A stretch of 64,000 nucleotides of DNA from Octopus bimaculoides (Eukaryota): assembly GCF_001194135.2 (NCBI RefSeq), contig NC_068985.1, forward strand, positions 15,899,030 to 15,963,029, in the 5' to 3' direction. Below are positions 1-13,020 of this stretch, piece by piece (positions within the stretch are counted from its first letter, which is position 1; every line of letters begins with the position of its first letter). The notes under the pieces are model-generated. The model made no database searches. It worked only from the letters and a program-made list of their open reading frames with translations, and was not told the origin of the DNA. Position numbers and translations under genes: made by a program.

Positions 1-146
1 TCACACACTTACATATATTCGTTTTGAAATACACACTCACACACATTCGTTTTGAAACACACACTCACACACATTCGTTTTGAAAAAAATACACGCACAC
101 ATATTCGTTTTGAAAACACCCTCACACACATTCCTTTTGAAAAAAA
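1..146. repeat. Minisatellite, about 5 copies of a 27-30 bp unit (CACACTCACACACATTCGTTTTGAAA)
   Basis: CATTCGTTTTGAAA core recurs five times, separated by near-identical CA-rich linkers. Confidence 0.85.
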
Positions 147-3100
147 TAACCAACAGAAATATTTTTTGTTGAAGTTTCAGAACTGTTTCTCTTCAGAATA
201 TTCCCAAATAATGAATGAGATGTACTCTAGCATTCGTATCAGTGCGCGCACACACATACACACTCACACACACACAAACGAACGCGCACCTGCATACATT
301 TAATCATACACCCACCCACCCACACACACGCACACACACATGTATATATATCTATCAATATATATATCTATCAATANNNNNNNNNNNNNNNNNNNNNNNN
401 NNNNNNNNNNNNNNNNNNNNNNNNNNNNNNNNNNNNNNNNNNNNNNNNNNNNNNNNNNNNNNNNNNNNNNNNNNNNNNNNNNNNNNNNNNNNNNNNNNNN
501 NNNNNNNNNNNNNNNNNNNNNNNNNNNNNNNNNNNNNNNNNNNNNNNNNNNNNNNNNNNNNNNNNNNNNNNNNNNNNNNNNNNNNNNNNNNNNNNNNNNN
601 NNNNNNNNACATGAGTATATATATGTATTTATACACACACGCACATATTCCATTTGCATTCATTAACGATACTATAAATTAAAATACCGTTACTTACCAG
701 CGGTTATATTTGAGGAACTCATCGTGTCTCCTTTTTATGCACATCAATAAAAAAAAATCAAGCTGGTAGAACAAATATTACTAGCCTTGCTGTGGCGGGA
801 AGCAACTTTCTCAATTGTAATATCTCCTGAGCAGTACATTCAACAGTTAGTTGTATGCGCTTGCGTAATTATGTTCATGTATCACCAGTGCTTTATAGTA
901 TATATATTTCTTCTGTAGTTATCTCTATATGTATGAGCGCTCATGTATATCCTTATGCATGAGACTGTGTGCGTTCTCTCTAACTGTACGATTATATGCG
1001 CGGTGGTTCCTCTGCGCGTCTGTCAAATGTCTATACTTATCAATGCATTTATCGGTACGTGTGGTCCATAGATCTGATGATTTTTGCTACTGAATCTAAT
1101 AAATTTTTATTGATTGATTCGTTTATTTCTTTTCTTACTTTTCATTCGAGATTTTAATCAACGTCGTGGAGCGCTTTCACAATAATGTTATATTTAGTTG
1201 GTCAAAATTGGAGTTTTAACAGTATCGCTAAGGGTTTCATTCAAAGTTGTAGTTAATCCAATGTATTTTTTGGTAGAGTTCTCAGAGACAAAAAAACAAA
1301 AAAAAAAAAAAATTAAGCATTACATTTTACGTGTTTTAGCTTAAAAAAATACTATCGATTGACTGAAGCGGTAATGAAATATTTCGATATATCTCACTTA
1401 TTAGAACCAATGTATGATTACACCTTTCATAAAGATATAAAATCGTATAATGTTGGGGGAGAAAAAAAATCCCACCTCAATTCTTTCTTCACCTTTCCCT
1501 CCTGTCTTTTTATCTGGTGTTTTTCTCCCTACAATATGACTATATATTATACCAATGTACTAATATATGCAGGAATCTCAAATGTTGTCGCTCTGTTCTT
1601 AAACTCAATATACGCTTTCAACTTTTCCTATTCGACAGCAAGTTTACGGCAGCAACAGTCCTGCCACTGCTGTAGTGAACCTTTGTGAATGGATTTATTC
1701 GCCCGCTGCAGCAGCAGTAGCAGCAAGAAAACAGCAACAGAACAGCAACAGCTGTTGTAGCGACAGCGGCAGCAGCAGAATGCCTGCCTGTTTCAATCAG
1801 TTGGCTGTTAATGGTATAGATAGCATTCGGTTAACTACAGTAGTAGAGGTAGAAGTAGTAGTAGAAGAAGTAAGATTCAACAAACAGTAACTGCTACTGT
1901 CTTTATAGCATGTAGCAGGGAAAATCGGTTCAGAATCAAAGAAAATAACATAAACAGAAAACGAAAGCACGTGAAAGCAGAAAAAGAAAAATGACGAACG
2001 TCAACAAAGATGAATAATATTAGTGCGTGAAACTAAACTGAATTTGATGGAGGTTTCCTAGGAAAAATTAGTAAGCCTTACTAGCACCGCCAGTGCAACA
2101 ACGTACGTACTTTTGGGACAGCTTTAATGGTTTATTTAAAGTATCTTTACTGGAAACAAAAAGGGAAATGAGAAATCACAAAACGTAGATTAAACTTCTG
2201 TAGAAACTTGGGTTGCTCGTGTTTGTTGTTATTTAAGCCTAGGTGATTTCTTATCAAGTATATCAATCTTTAAAACAACATTCTAACCGCGACTGTCATG
2301 TCTTACCTACGTCTATGTCTTGAGTTTGTTGTATAGGTTTATCAGTGATTACAAAGTGTCTTTTTTTCTAATTAAAGATAGCAGCGTGTAATTTGAGGGA
2401 GATGCGGCTGCTATTACTACTAGGTTAAATAACGATCATGACTATGCTACCTCACTACCTCGTGATCATGTTTATACTATCAAGAGGTACGTCATATGAC
2501 TTAAATTACTCTGTCTGCATTATCAACAGGTAAAATATGCTATCCAGTCTACTACCTGCTACCGAGTATGTGGCTTCTAACAGGCTTCACAAGTGTCCGA
2601 CGTACTTCATACTGAAAGCGTAAACAAATCCAGAATCGAATCAATAACTGAATATATTAAATATCTGTCTCTAGGCCAAATAAAATTGTCGCTTCTGTAC
2701 TCGGAGTAAGACTTTAAACATGGCCTGATCTACGTAATATTTGGGATGTATATAATATGAAACCGAACCGAGTGTGTTACGTCACTAAGTTATAACCTGA
2801 GAGTAGTTTTGGTTGCGTGCAGTGCTAACACCAAAACTCGTCACCGACGAAATAATACGACAGCTATAGTGATATTCGTCTAACCCTACCAACCTGTTAT
2901 TAAGCGAACAAGATAATTGCTTGATATCTTTTAATCAGAAGTATCTAAATTAAGAGTATCAATCAGAGTCATTGTTTCAGAGATGAGGTCAGCAGAAGCC
3001 AGCCCCTTCTTTTGACCACACCCATTTAAAGTGTTGCAGACAATACGCTAAACCGAAGAAACAAAAGTCAGTTTGGTAGTGCTACTTCTGCTTACAACAG

Positions 3101-3654
3101 TGAATGATGTACATATTACAGAAAATGTAGAGGGTCATTAGAATAAAGTGACTTAGTCATTGACCAAATATAATCCAGCTCCCCTGGTTTCCTTGGTCAT
3201 CTGGGGTTTTAATATAACTAGTTTCAGATATTTTGTAATGTAGACGGGAAATATATTTCCTTACAGAATATAATACAAGAAAGATAGTTTACTATTTCCT
3301 TTGAATAGATTCAAAACAGTTTTTTCTCTTCTATTTTTTTTCTTTTTACAAGAGTAATAGAGTCAAAAGATCTGTAATTTGAATGTAGACCAAAGTGGTT
3401 ATTAATATATGATAAAACAATCAGTCAAGCAAATAATGAAAGGTCAACATTGTTACCCTTAACATAGAGTCATACCGTGACTTGGATTCGACCTCTTGTT
3501 GAATCTAAGGTAGCTAAATTATAATAGGAACAATAATGCTTAAAAATCTAGTAGCTCATTAGAAAACTACCACTTGGGAAAGTATCTTCTATAATTTTTT
3601 TATAAAAGCCTTATGAATGAAATTTGGAAGATGGAAACTGTATAGAAGATTGTC

Positions 3655-4880
3655 GGTAGAACTGCTCCTGTTCTTTTGTGGCAGACTTCATCATCTAGTG
3701 TAACAGCACCATACATCCTTCAAGGCATTTAGTGGAGTTACCTCTGTTGCAGGCATTCAGATCAGGTCTCCGGACCGAAGATAATTTCCTCCCTCATCTC
3801 ACCGATCTGTGACGCTCTGAAAAGAATCCTGGACGCTACACTACTCTTTTGACAGAAATAAGTTTCTTCAGGCTTATGGTACTTATTGTATGCTCAAAGG
3901 TAGGCACTGGATATATTTTGAATATCTCGCTGTCATACTCCGAGTATGTCACAAAGTTGCAATCATCGGAATACAGCTAAATGTGAACTAGAGTTCTAGA
4001 CTATTCAGATCCAACTGTTTACCTGCTGTGTGATAGCGAACATAGATGACGACATCCCAGTTATGAAATTCATGAACAATCATGACTGCAAAGCAAATGT
4101 AGACTAAAATTAGCGTAAATCTGTCCCCTTGTTTAACGCAATTGTTCACAGGAATCGGTTCTGGTAGTGCACATTCTGAGATAAAGTAGGCCTTCATACA
4201 GGTGTGCATTTGGACAAAGAAACAAGGTGGGTACATGAACTCTCGGCAATAGATTTTTAATCCTGTGTCAAAATCATTCGTTGGTCCATAAAAACTTAGT
4301 AAAGGAGGAATTCCTGTTTTATGCACTTTTGCAACTGTCTGACGCTAAAGATGTGCGGTGCCTGACCTGTAACCACATTTAGACTCTGGGACAATGACAG
4401 AGAATATGTATGACTGCAGATGATTCAGTGAAGTCTGGAGAGTATCATACCAAAAGTTACAAGTAAGAAAATACCATGTGTGCTACCACAGTTTAATGTG
4501 ACACTTTTTCCATTGCACATAACTACAGCTCTACAATCTTGTAGAAATGGAGAACAAACTACACGTTGGTAAACATTGTGGTCACAAACTCAACCTCACC
4601 ATCTCTAATAATCTCTCAGTTGGTGTGATATCTTTTATTTCGACTGTTTAATGGCAATTTTGACTTTTGCGTTATGATTACTGGCCATTTTTTTTATAGT
4701 ACTGTGCTGCGGTAGGTCTTCTATAAACATTCTCATCTATTATGGACGGACTGAGATGAAAAAGAATATATAACATGCTTTGTCCGTCGCTTCAGAAAAT
4801 CTTTCGTATCATTGATCAAAGTGGATCTATCTTTGGAATGGAAAGGAGAAGTAATTCATTAGCCAGGATCAAATACCTGT
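3655..4880 (-). mobile_element. Decayed RTE-clade LINE, reverse transcriptase region
   Basis: Minus-strand translations across frameshifts give KDRSTLINDTKDFLKRR, VPESKCGYRSG, PEPIPVNNCVKQG, YVRYHTAGKQLDL, YSDDC and LDDEV, collinear with RTE motifs (KDGxTLIxD, LPESQCGFR, GVKQG, RYRTDGKLFNL, FADDC, LDDEI). Confidence 0.85.
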
Positions 4881-5477
4881 TTAACAAAATCTACACTGTT
4901 TTAAGAGGCTTTTTTTATGTTTGTTAAAGGCCAGTTGAATTCTTCCAATTATCACGTTTCCTCTCTGATGTCAATTTTCTCTGTAAAGTTGATTTATGGC
5001 GCATCAACAATTTCTTCGCCTTCAAAAGTTTTCTGAATAAATTAGAAATAATTTCTGGGGTAATTTATGTTTGGTGCCTAAGACCTCAGATATATCTGAA
5101 TTATTTTCATCGATTCATTTGTTTTTTCATTCATTTATTTGTTAATATAATTTGGTTTAATATATTTCTTCTGTTGTACTCAATGAAATATGGTTTAAAT
5201 CTTGGATAATAATGCAAGAAATGTTTCTATGGTATTTTGGGAACAATTGATTAAGCATAATACAAGAAAGATCTTTCATCGCGTCTTTTTCTTTCGGACA
5301 TCCCATGTCTTTGAAAGACTTCTTGTGATGTAGATGGGACCTGTTGCAGTTTAACCCAGCTTCCGCGGATTTAACTGTTTCAGATACACCAATATCTTTA
5401 TACTACACTTGCTTATTTTTTTTTTTTGCCGTGAAAAGTAGTTTGCACTCAATGTTAAATCGGTTATAAGTTTCACT

Positions 5478-5815
5478 CTTCTTCTTCTTCTTCTTCTTCT
5501 TCTTCTTCTTCTTCTTCTTCTTCTTCTTCTTCTTCTTCTACTCATCATCATCATCATCATCATCATAATCATCATCATCCTTGTTGTTCTCCTCTTCCTC
5601 CTCTTTCTCCTCCTCCTCCTCCTCCTCCTCCTCATCATCATCATCATCAGAATCATGCTTGTTGTCGTCGTCGTCGTCGTCGTTGTTGTTGTTGTTGTTG
5701 TTGTTGTTCTTCTTCTTCTTCTTCTTCTTCTTCTACTCATCATCGTCTTTCTTCTTCTTTTTCTTCTTCTTCTTCTTCTTCTTCTTCTTCTTCTTCTTCT
5801 TCTTCTTCTTCTTCT
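5478..5815. repeat. Compound trinucleotide microsatellite (CTT)n-(CAT)n-(CCT)n-(CAT)n-(GTC)n-(GTT)n-(CTT)n
   Basis: Read directly; explains the poly-R/T/M/S/F ORFs at 5351-5868. Confidence 0.95.
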
Positions 5816-6330
5816 CAACTTCTTTATTTTTTTTTAACATTTATATTCTGTATTGGCAAAATCGTTAGAGTGGCGAATAAATTATTTTACAGAATTTCAA
5901 CTCCTGCTTGAGGTTGACTTTGCTATCCATACGAGATCGGTAAAATATCAGAGCCGATAATATCAACAATTACTTCTCCACAAATTTATTAATCTTGTGT
6001 TTATATAACAAATCAATATGCATCGTGCATTTCGTGTGAAGTAACTTCGTTTAATGTAAGTCTCAGATCAGCCAATCACTGCATTTCACATGATGACAGT
6101 GACAAGGGAATCTCTGTGCAAATCAGTATAATAAGGTTACCAGGATATTTATGTTCGGTGCATTAGTTTTATAGGCAATTATGTGTAGATTTCACCGATA
6201 GAAACACACACACACACACACACACACATACACACACACACACACGCACACGCATACACACACATACGCACACAGACGCACACAGACGCACAAACACACA
6301 TCGACGCACAAGCACACAAACACAGACACA

Positions 6331-6643
6331 TTAGAAATTACGATAAACAAGCGTTTATATTACTAGTTCCTACGTATGTTTCACCGTTGTGGTTGTTTAG
6401 AACTCTGCGTTGGATGTTTCAGGTGCAATCAGATGCTTAACCACAACCGATCATCAAGAGAACACTTTCTTGCATTATGTTACAGAGACCTAATATCCTA
6501 ATTCTCTATAACAACCGATGATCGGTTGTGGTTAAGCATCGGATTGCACCTGGAACATCCAGTACAGAATTCGAAACACAACCACAACAGTGAAACATAC
6601 GTAGGAACCAGTAATATAAACTTTTGTTTATCGTAATTTCTAA
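6331..6643. repeat. Long imperfect inverted repeat (foldback/MITE-like): arms 6331-6455 and 6517-6643, 61 bp spacer
   Basis: Reverse complement of the right arm aligns end to end with the left arm (roughly 85-90% by eye); flanked by (CA)n on the left and (TG)n on the right. Confidence 0.9.
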
Positions 6644-6657
6644 TATATATATAAATA

Positions 6658-6697
<40 letters not shown>

Positions 6698-6795
6698 TGT
6701 GTGTGTGTGTGTGAGAGAGTGTGTGTCTGTGTGTGTGTAATATTCTTTCTATAAACATATATACATATATAGATTGTGTTCTTTATACATACATG

Positions 6796-6827
<32 letters not shown>

Positions 6828-6885
6828 ATATATTCTTTATATATTTATATATANNNNNNNNNNNNNNNNNNNNNNNNNNNNNNNN

Positions 6886-6923
<38 letters not shown>

Positions 6924-7799
6924 TATTCTTATATATTTTGTGTATATTTTGTAATTTCATATCTTAGCTTAGTCGAAAAGCTGTTTACTCCGCGGTTCAA
7001 CGCGTACCTTGCTAGCCGGGTGTGTCATATGTGTATTGAAGTCAAAAGAAGAGCTCGTAATCACCCCATAGAAAGGACCACTGTACGGGATTTCTAAGAT
7101 CACATCCTTCACGAGGTATCCCTGTTTCTAACTGGACATAGAGGATTTTGGGGTGTAAACCCTGGTTAAAAATCATACTTTTCTGTGGCTAGCAACAACT
7201 CTAGAGGCATATATCAACATATCAAAATCATGGCAGAAAATACCGTGGTTTCGAGGAGGAACTTTGTTGTGCACTGGAGAGCACCGTCGCTCAAATGTGT
7301 TGAGCACCATTGTAAAAGGAAAAACTCAAGAAACATGGCAAATGTGAATGCAAGTTATCCTATGTATTTATACCGCTGGTAAGCTTTGAAGCATTCAAAA
7401 GGTGGGTATGGTGCAATCACTCTAAATATAAGCTCGCTCAATTTACTTTGGAAATGAACGATTACCATAAAAACTATTACTTCTTGAAAGCCCACTGGCA
7501 ACAGGGGAATGGTGAGACATACAAGTTTAACAGATTGGAAGTATGTAGCTTCGAACCTGTTCATTAGTTGTCCAATAGACATCATAATGTCGTTTTACAC
7601 GTCAAAGAAAATAGTGACAGCAACTCGACAGCGTACTTGACAACTAATCAGCCAACTAAAGACAGCACTGTTTGTTCACAATGTGAGAGGGAACTAGAAA
7701 ATGTGTTCTAACAAATGCTTACTTCACTGCAAACTGATCGGCAACGCCACGTCAGATGGTTGTTCGTTTTTAGCAGTGACAAAACAAAGAGAAGACAAG

Positions 7800-8190
7800 C
7801 GGCAACACTAAAAAATAAATACATTGGCAGCGTGAATGTGAAGGCTGGTTATTGGAATATTCGCACCTTACTTGAGTCAGAAAGAGGTATTGATATTCAT
7901 ATTCAGTATGCATCATAGAAAAGGATTCAGCATGCATCATACATAACGAAGAGGAAGCAAGCAGCAGCATCAAAAGCTGCCGACAAAAGTAGTCAATCTG
8001 AAATGTGTTGAAGAATCTGTCTTTCTCTTTCTGGTTTCAAGAGTCACATGAGAACCACGTGTGTAGTATCCTCAGCAACTCAGTTTGAAGTGCAACATGG
8101 GTGGAAAAGGGTTAAAGTCGAAAGTTGGCATGAAAAGCCATCTACCAAGTCATGCAAGGAAAGAGGCAGAAGAAATTACAAAACGTCATA
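7800..8190 (+). mobile_element. RTE LINE remnants: endonuclease N-terminus joined to C-terminal zinc finger, followed by a second zinc-finger end
   Basis: AGYWNIRTLL (RTE GTWNVRTL) at about 7845-7875; MC*RICLSLSGFKSHMR at about 8000-8055; CNMGGKGLKSKVGMKSHLPSH at about 8090-8150. Confidence 0.5.
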
Positions 8191-8197
8191 AAGAAGC

Positions 8198-8740
8198 ATG
8201 TATGTATGTATGTATATATGTATGTATGTATGTATGTATTGTTCAGTTTTATTTCAAGATTTCTTACCAATAGCGAAAGAGCCAGTTTCTTACGTAGATC
8301 TAAGGCTTCTTCATTGGAATTTCAACATCAACAACAGGGTATTTTTGCTTGTTTGTATGTAAACTTGTATGTATGTATATGTGCAGATTTGTATGTTTTT
8401 TTTCATGTATGTCTCCTCATGCCATGCATATACATGCATATTTAGACATGGTCATATATATATATATATATATATATACATACACAGTTTCTCTTCTCTA
8501 TCCCAAATCATTATATCAGGTTTGTTGTGTTTACACTTCATTGAGATTTTCACTGGGACATTCCACCAGTACTCCTTTTTATTATGAGTGGCTATGGCTT
8601 CTACCATATTGTGGGTTCTTATTATCCTTCCGACGGATTTCATTATAGAGTGTCCTAGCTGCAACATCATATCTCATCGGTAGACAATACCCTAATGACA
8701 TTTTCGGACAACTGCTTATGATTTGCGTGATATCTTCAGT
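8198..8740 (-). mobile_element. RLE-type (R4/Dong-like) non-LTR retrotransposon, family A copy 1: CCHC/REL region plus 3' UTR and (CATA)n tail
   Basis: EDITQIISSCPKMS...MRYDVAARTLY and WNVPVKISMKCKHNKPDIMIWD (zinc knuckle plus PD of the REL nuclease); 3' UTR at 8240-8450 nearly identical to 25592-25810. Confidence 0.8.
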
Positions 8741-9487
8741 ATGTATGTAGGTGGGTAGGTGGGTAGGTATTTATCTATATATATGTATGCTTATATGTAT
8801 GTACGTACCATAAACTCTGCAACTAATCTTTTCACGATTAATTGGAAGCATGTATGCTTCTGTTAGAAATAATTGATTGAATGATATTAAGTTAAAATAT
8901 AAATGACCCTGTAAACCTTAAGTGGGTTATGGGTTAAAATTAAATCCAAGATTTACGTATCAGAATCCAACGGCCTAAAATGACAGCTTCGTAGAGTGAG
9001 CTAGGTCAAATGGAAATTGAACGGGTGTCTGCAGGAACCAGCTCACCAGAAGATTAGCATCATTCCTCAGCTCTCGTATAATGCAAGGCTACAGCAATGA
9101 TAATGTAATATAAATCATATGCATAGAATAGCACATCAATTATTTAGTGAGAAGTCAGCTGAAAGCCAGTGTCCCGACAGACTGATACGTAGTAAATATT
9201 TAAAAACCTAAAACGAATGAACATAATGGGAATTTATGGAGCCTCGTCATAAAAGCGTGTTCCAAAGGAAAGTTGACAATAGAACCTACCGGGAAGAATA
9301 GTAACAATATTTGACAAGTTAAGCTATATAATAAGTGCAATTCAACAATTAGGCCGGACTCTCTGAATGATGAATGTGCGAATATGGAAGTAAATAACAG
9401 TGGCACCAAACACACTCAGATTCATACGATCACGTCTGTCTGTCTGTATGTATGTATGTATGTATGGTTATGTGTACACACACACAA

Positions 9488-9526
<39 letters not shown>

Positions 9527-9858
9527 AACGTATGTGTTCAAATTTGTTTTCATGGGTTGATGGGAAAAAAACGGAAAGGCACAAGTACCTTGCATGGCAT
9601 CCTTGGCTTGTGAGGTAAACGAGAAGAAAAAAAAAACCTTTCTAGGGTTATCTTCTGAGTGAAGGCCCCCTAATTGCTTAGAACATACAGCACTTTGCTA
9701 TAGACATCCAGAGTGCTGGAGGAAAAGTTGATGCTAAACCGTAACGGATTAAGTCTACTGTGAATGGATATATACAGCCGGTCAGACGGTTCCTGCTTAC
9801 AAAAGTTCGGATACAAGCTAAGCATAAAAATCTATCCACGCACACACACACACACGAG

Positions 9859-9912
<54 letters not shown>

Positions 9913-9920
9913 CGTGTGCT

Positions 9921-10315
9921 GAAATCTCAAGAAGCTTTCTTTGTATTGTTGCAGATTACAGGATAGCATATTTCTGAAGGTCGACAATGTGAGTTTCAAT
10001 TTCAGTATCTTTGAGTCTCTTATCAAGCAGTTTGTTGAGTGGCCCCTGTTGGCACTGGAACACTTTTTACTTTTACCTCTCCATCTCTCCTGCTGGATCC
10101 TGACGTTTCTCGGTTTTCACAATTTTCTTGGTGCACACTATACTGCCATATGGTTTTAATAAAATCTATGACTTTTACAGATTTGTCTCGGATCTGTTCT
10201 GTTTTCTTTCTATCATATTTGGTCTCTTCGATTCAACAGTATGGTCAGTTTCTATGGAGAAATCCAATACAATTCTGTAATTATTATCCAACATCACAGC
10301 TTTTGGCTCATGTGT
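9921..10315 (-). mobile_element. Dong/R4-like RLE retrotransposon C-terminus, family B
   Basis: HEPKAVMLDNNYRIVLDFSIETDHTVESKRPNMI ... EKRQD ... DLQKYAIL ... RKLLE follows the R4/Dong pattern ILWDFxIQTDHxIxARRPD ... EKYQDL ... LQKxALLGTARILRKVL. Confidence 0.75.
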
Positions 10316-11014
10316 TGCTATTATTGTTGTTGCTATTATTGTTGTTGCTATTATTGTTGTTATTTATGTATTTATTAATAGTCTCAACTTTAGTTCCAAG
10401 TTCAATCTACGCGAGAATTGAATGTCTTTTAACCCACTAAAGAAGATAAATATCGACTTCAAAGAAACCTGACTTAACTTCATTATCGAGCCGCTACATA
10501 GATTACAAAGACCGCTCTAGGCTTCTAACTACACATCTATTGCTAATTCTGCATAAAGTAGTTTCATTGTGAAACTTTTCGTTGTCCATCTTCAGTAATT
10601 TACGACCAAAGTGCAATAATGATTATGAATAATTTTGCGTAATCTGTGGCGAGATCCATAGAAAGTGTAAGCTTCTGGCAAGGAGACACTAAGATTTAGT
10701 GACAACTTTCATTTGGTTTCAGTTTATTTAACTTACGTTGTTGCATGATTATTTTGGTATCACCACTATCATTTTCAAAGTTTTCTACTTCCTCTAAACA
10801 ACGTGATTTTTGTAGTACATGAAAAAGATATCAAGATATCAAGATATCAAGATACTGGTGCAAATAGAAAACCCAGCAATACAAAGCTTTCATAATAATT
10901 GCATTTAGGAAAAGAAGAGCAGTTAATTTTTAATGGCAAATCGATGACCTCCATTCTTAAATCAAAACAAACAATAATAACTAATGCAACCGGCATCAGA
11001 TATAAATATATATA

Positions 11015-11227
11015 TACGCGATGGGATGCTGAAAAGTTCCTTTAAGGGTGTCGCGAAAGGCCTGGTTGGAGGCCCAATCTTCCGAGTTCTTTTATAGGGC
11101 TTAGAAAAATTGATGGATCGCTGCAATAAGTGTGTAGATCTTAGAGGGGAATATGCTGAATAAAATCATGATCAACTGATCTTGTATTTTCTTTTACCCA
11201 GTCATAAACTTTTCAGCACCTCTTCTA
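11015..11227 (+). mobile_element. Mariner-derived MITE / internal-deletion derivative
   Basis: Imperfect TIRs (..GATGCTGAAAAGTT / AACTTTTCAGCACC..) in a TA context; retains mariner C-terminus GLEKLMDRCNKCVDLRGEYAE*. Confidence 0.75.
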
Positions 11228-11668
11228 TATATATATATATATATATATNNNNNNNNNNNNNNNNNNNNNNNNNNNNNNNNNNNNNNNNNNNNNNNNNNNN
11301 NNNNNNNNNNNNNNNNNNNNNNNNNNNNNNNNNNNNNNNNNNNNNNNNNNNNNNNNNNNNNNNNNNNNNNNNNNNNNNNNNNNNNNNNNNNNNNNNNNNN
11401 NNNNNNNNNNNNNNNNNNNNNNNNNNNNNNNNNNNNNNNNNNNNNNNNNNNNNNNNNNNNNNNNNNNNNNNNNNNNNNNNNNNNNNNNNNNNNNNNNNNN
11501 NNNNNNNNNNNNNNNNNNNNNNNNNNNNNNNNNNNNNNNNNNNNNNNNNNNNNNNNNNNNNNNNNNNNNNNNNNNNNNNNNNNNNNNNNNNNNNNNNNNN
11601 NNNNNNNNNNNNNNNNNNNNNNNNNNNNNNNNNNNNNNNNNNNNNNNNNNNNNNNNNNNNNNNNNNNN

Positions 11669-11714
<46 letters not shown>

Positions 11715-12613
11715 AGGTTTGGAGGTGATGTACAGGAATTATATATTAGAAAAAATAATAAGGTACTCAGATATCTGGATGGTTGTACATTTACAGATTT
11801 TTATTAATATGTCACATGTTTTATAAATATTAGCGTTTGCACCTATTCTTGTAGGTTCTTCAAATATTTGACAGCTGTTTCTGAAACCTCAGAATTACGT
11901 AATAATTGTAAGCTCATAATTAACAGATGTAATGTTCAAAAAAGCATTGGTATGCAACCAGTAAATAGTCGTATACAGATATTACATTAAGACCGGCTGT
12001 GGAGCTGATAATAATTGCCATTTGGCGATTAATTATGTTACATCCACAAGAAGCGGAGATAATTTTAGTAAATCAAGATTTTATGTTGTATGGTATTTGT
12101 TATACTTGAATTTGTCAATATAGTTTAAATGCATGCCACTGGTCAGTCTGGCGTGTTTCTCTTTTTTGTTTAAATTATGCAAAATACTTTGGCCTTAAAT
12201 GTGTTCTAACTCTTTTTGCACAAGTCTAAGTCCCTTGGTTACTAGAATTAAGGTTTGGCAGTTGTCGTGCTGATGAAAACTATTAAGCAAGAAACATATG
12301 TCCACCACTGAAATCTCCAGCTAATAAGCCTGTCCTTTCCTTAATGGCATGTATACTTGGGGAATTCACGAACTTTGAGATTATCTCCCCTTCTCATGTG
12401 GAGCTGACTTTAGCTGCCATTTTGCAATTATAATACATCCCTTTGAGGCAGAGAAATTTTAGAATTTATGTCGTACAATATTTGATATAAATGTATTTGT
12501 CTATGTATATACATGTATGTATGATATAGATATATGTATATATAAACACACTTATACATGCGTGTGAATATATATGTACATATGTACATATATAAATATA
12601 TATATGCATGCTG

Positions 12614-12665
<52 letters not shown>

Positions 12666-12712
12666 GTATATATATGTATATGTATGTATGTACACATACA
12701 CACATACACACA

Positions 12713-13020
12713 CAGGGTGTTCAAAAAGTCTCTCCACAGTGAATTCTTTTCATCCTGCGCCACTTGAAGAGTTTTTCGGTAAACGGATTATTTCGAAGGG
12801 ACTTTTTTTTTGGCCACCAAGATCACCTGATTTAACACTGCCATACTCTTTTTCTGTGTACAAGAATCGCCCTAAAATCATTAATGAGCTAAAAGACGAA
12901 ATCGTAACCTTCACACGATCCATACCGCGTCAGACGCTCCAAGATGTATTTCAAAACATGTGTAGAAGAGTCAACTTATATATTGAAAATGAAGGACGAC
13001 ACTTCCAACACCTCTTATAA
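12713..13020 (+). mobile_element. Internally deleted Tc1/mariner-superfamily element
   Basis: CAGGGTGTTCAAAAAGT TIR-like start; WPPRSPDLT ... NEGRHFQHLL* transposase C-terminus; right TIR not found. Confidence 0.75.

Noticed and set aside
1-146. CRISPR-like regular repeat
   Set aside because: Linkers are near-identical CA-rich sequence rather than unique spacers; eukaryotic context and no cas genes
1675-1890. Poly-A/Q/S ORF resembling a transcription-factor low-complexity region
   Set aside because: 71 aa built from CAG/GTA repeats, with no domain and no convincing splice sites
10568-10600. Hammerhead-like CUGAAGA...GAAA on the minus strand
   Set aside because: Stem II and stem I cannot pair
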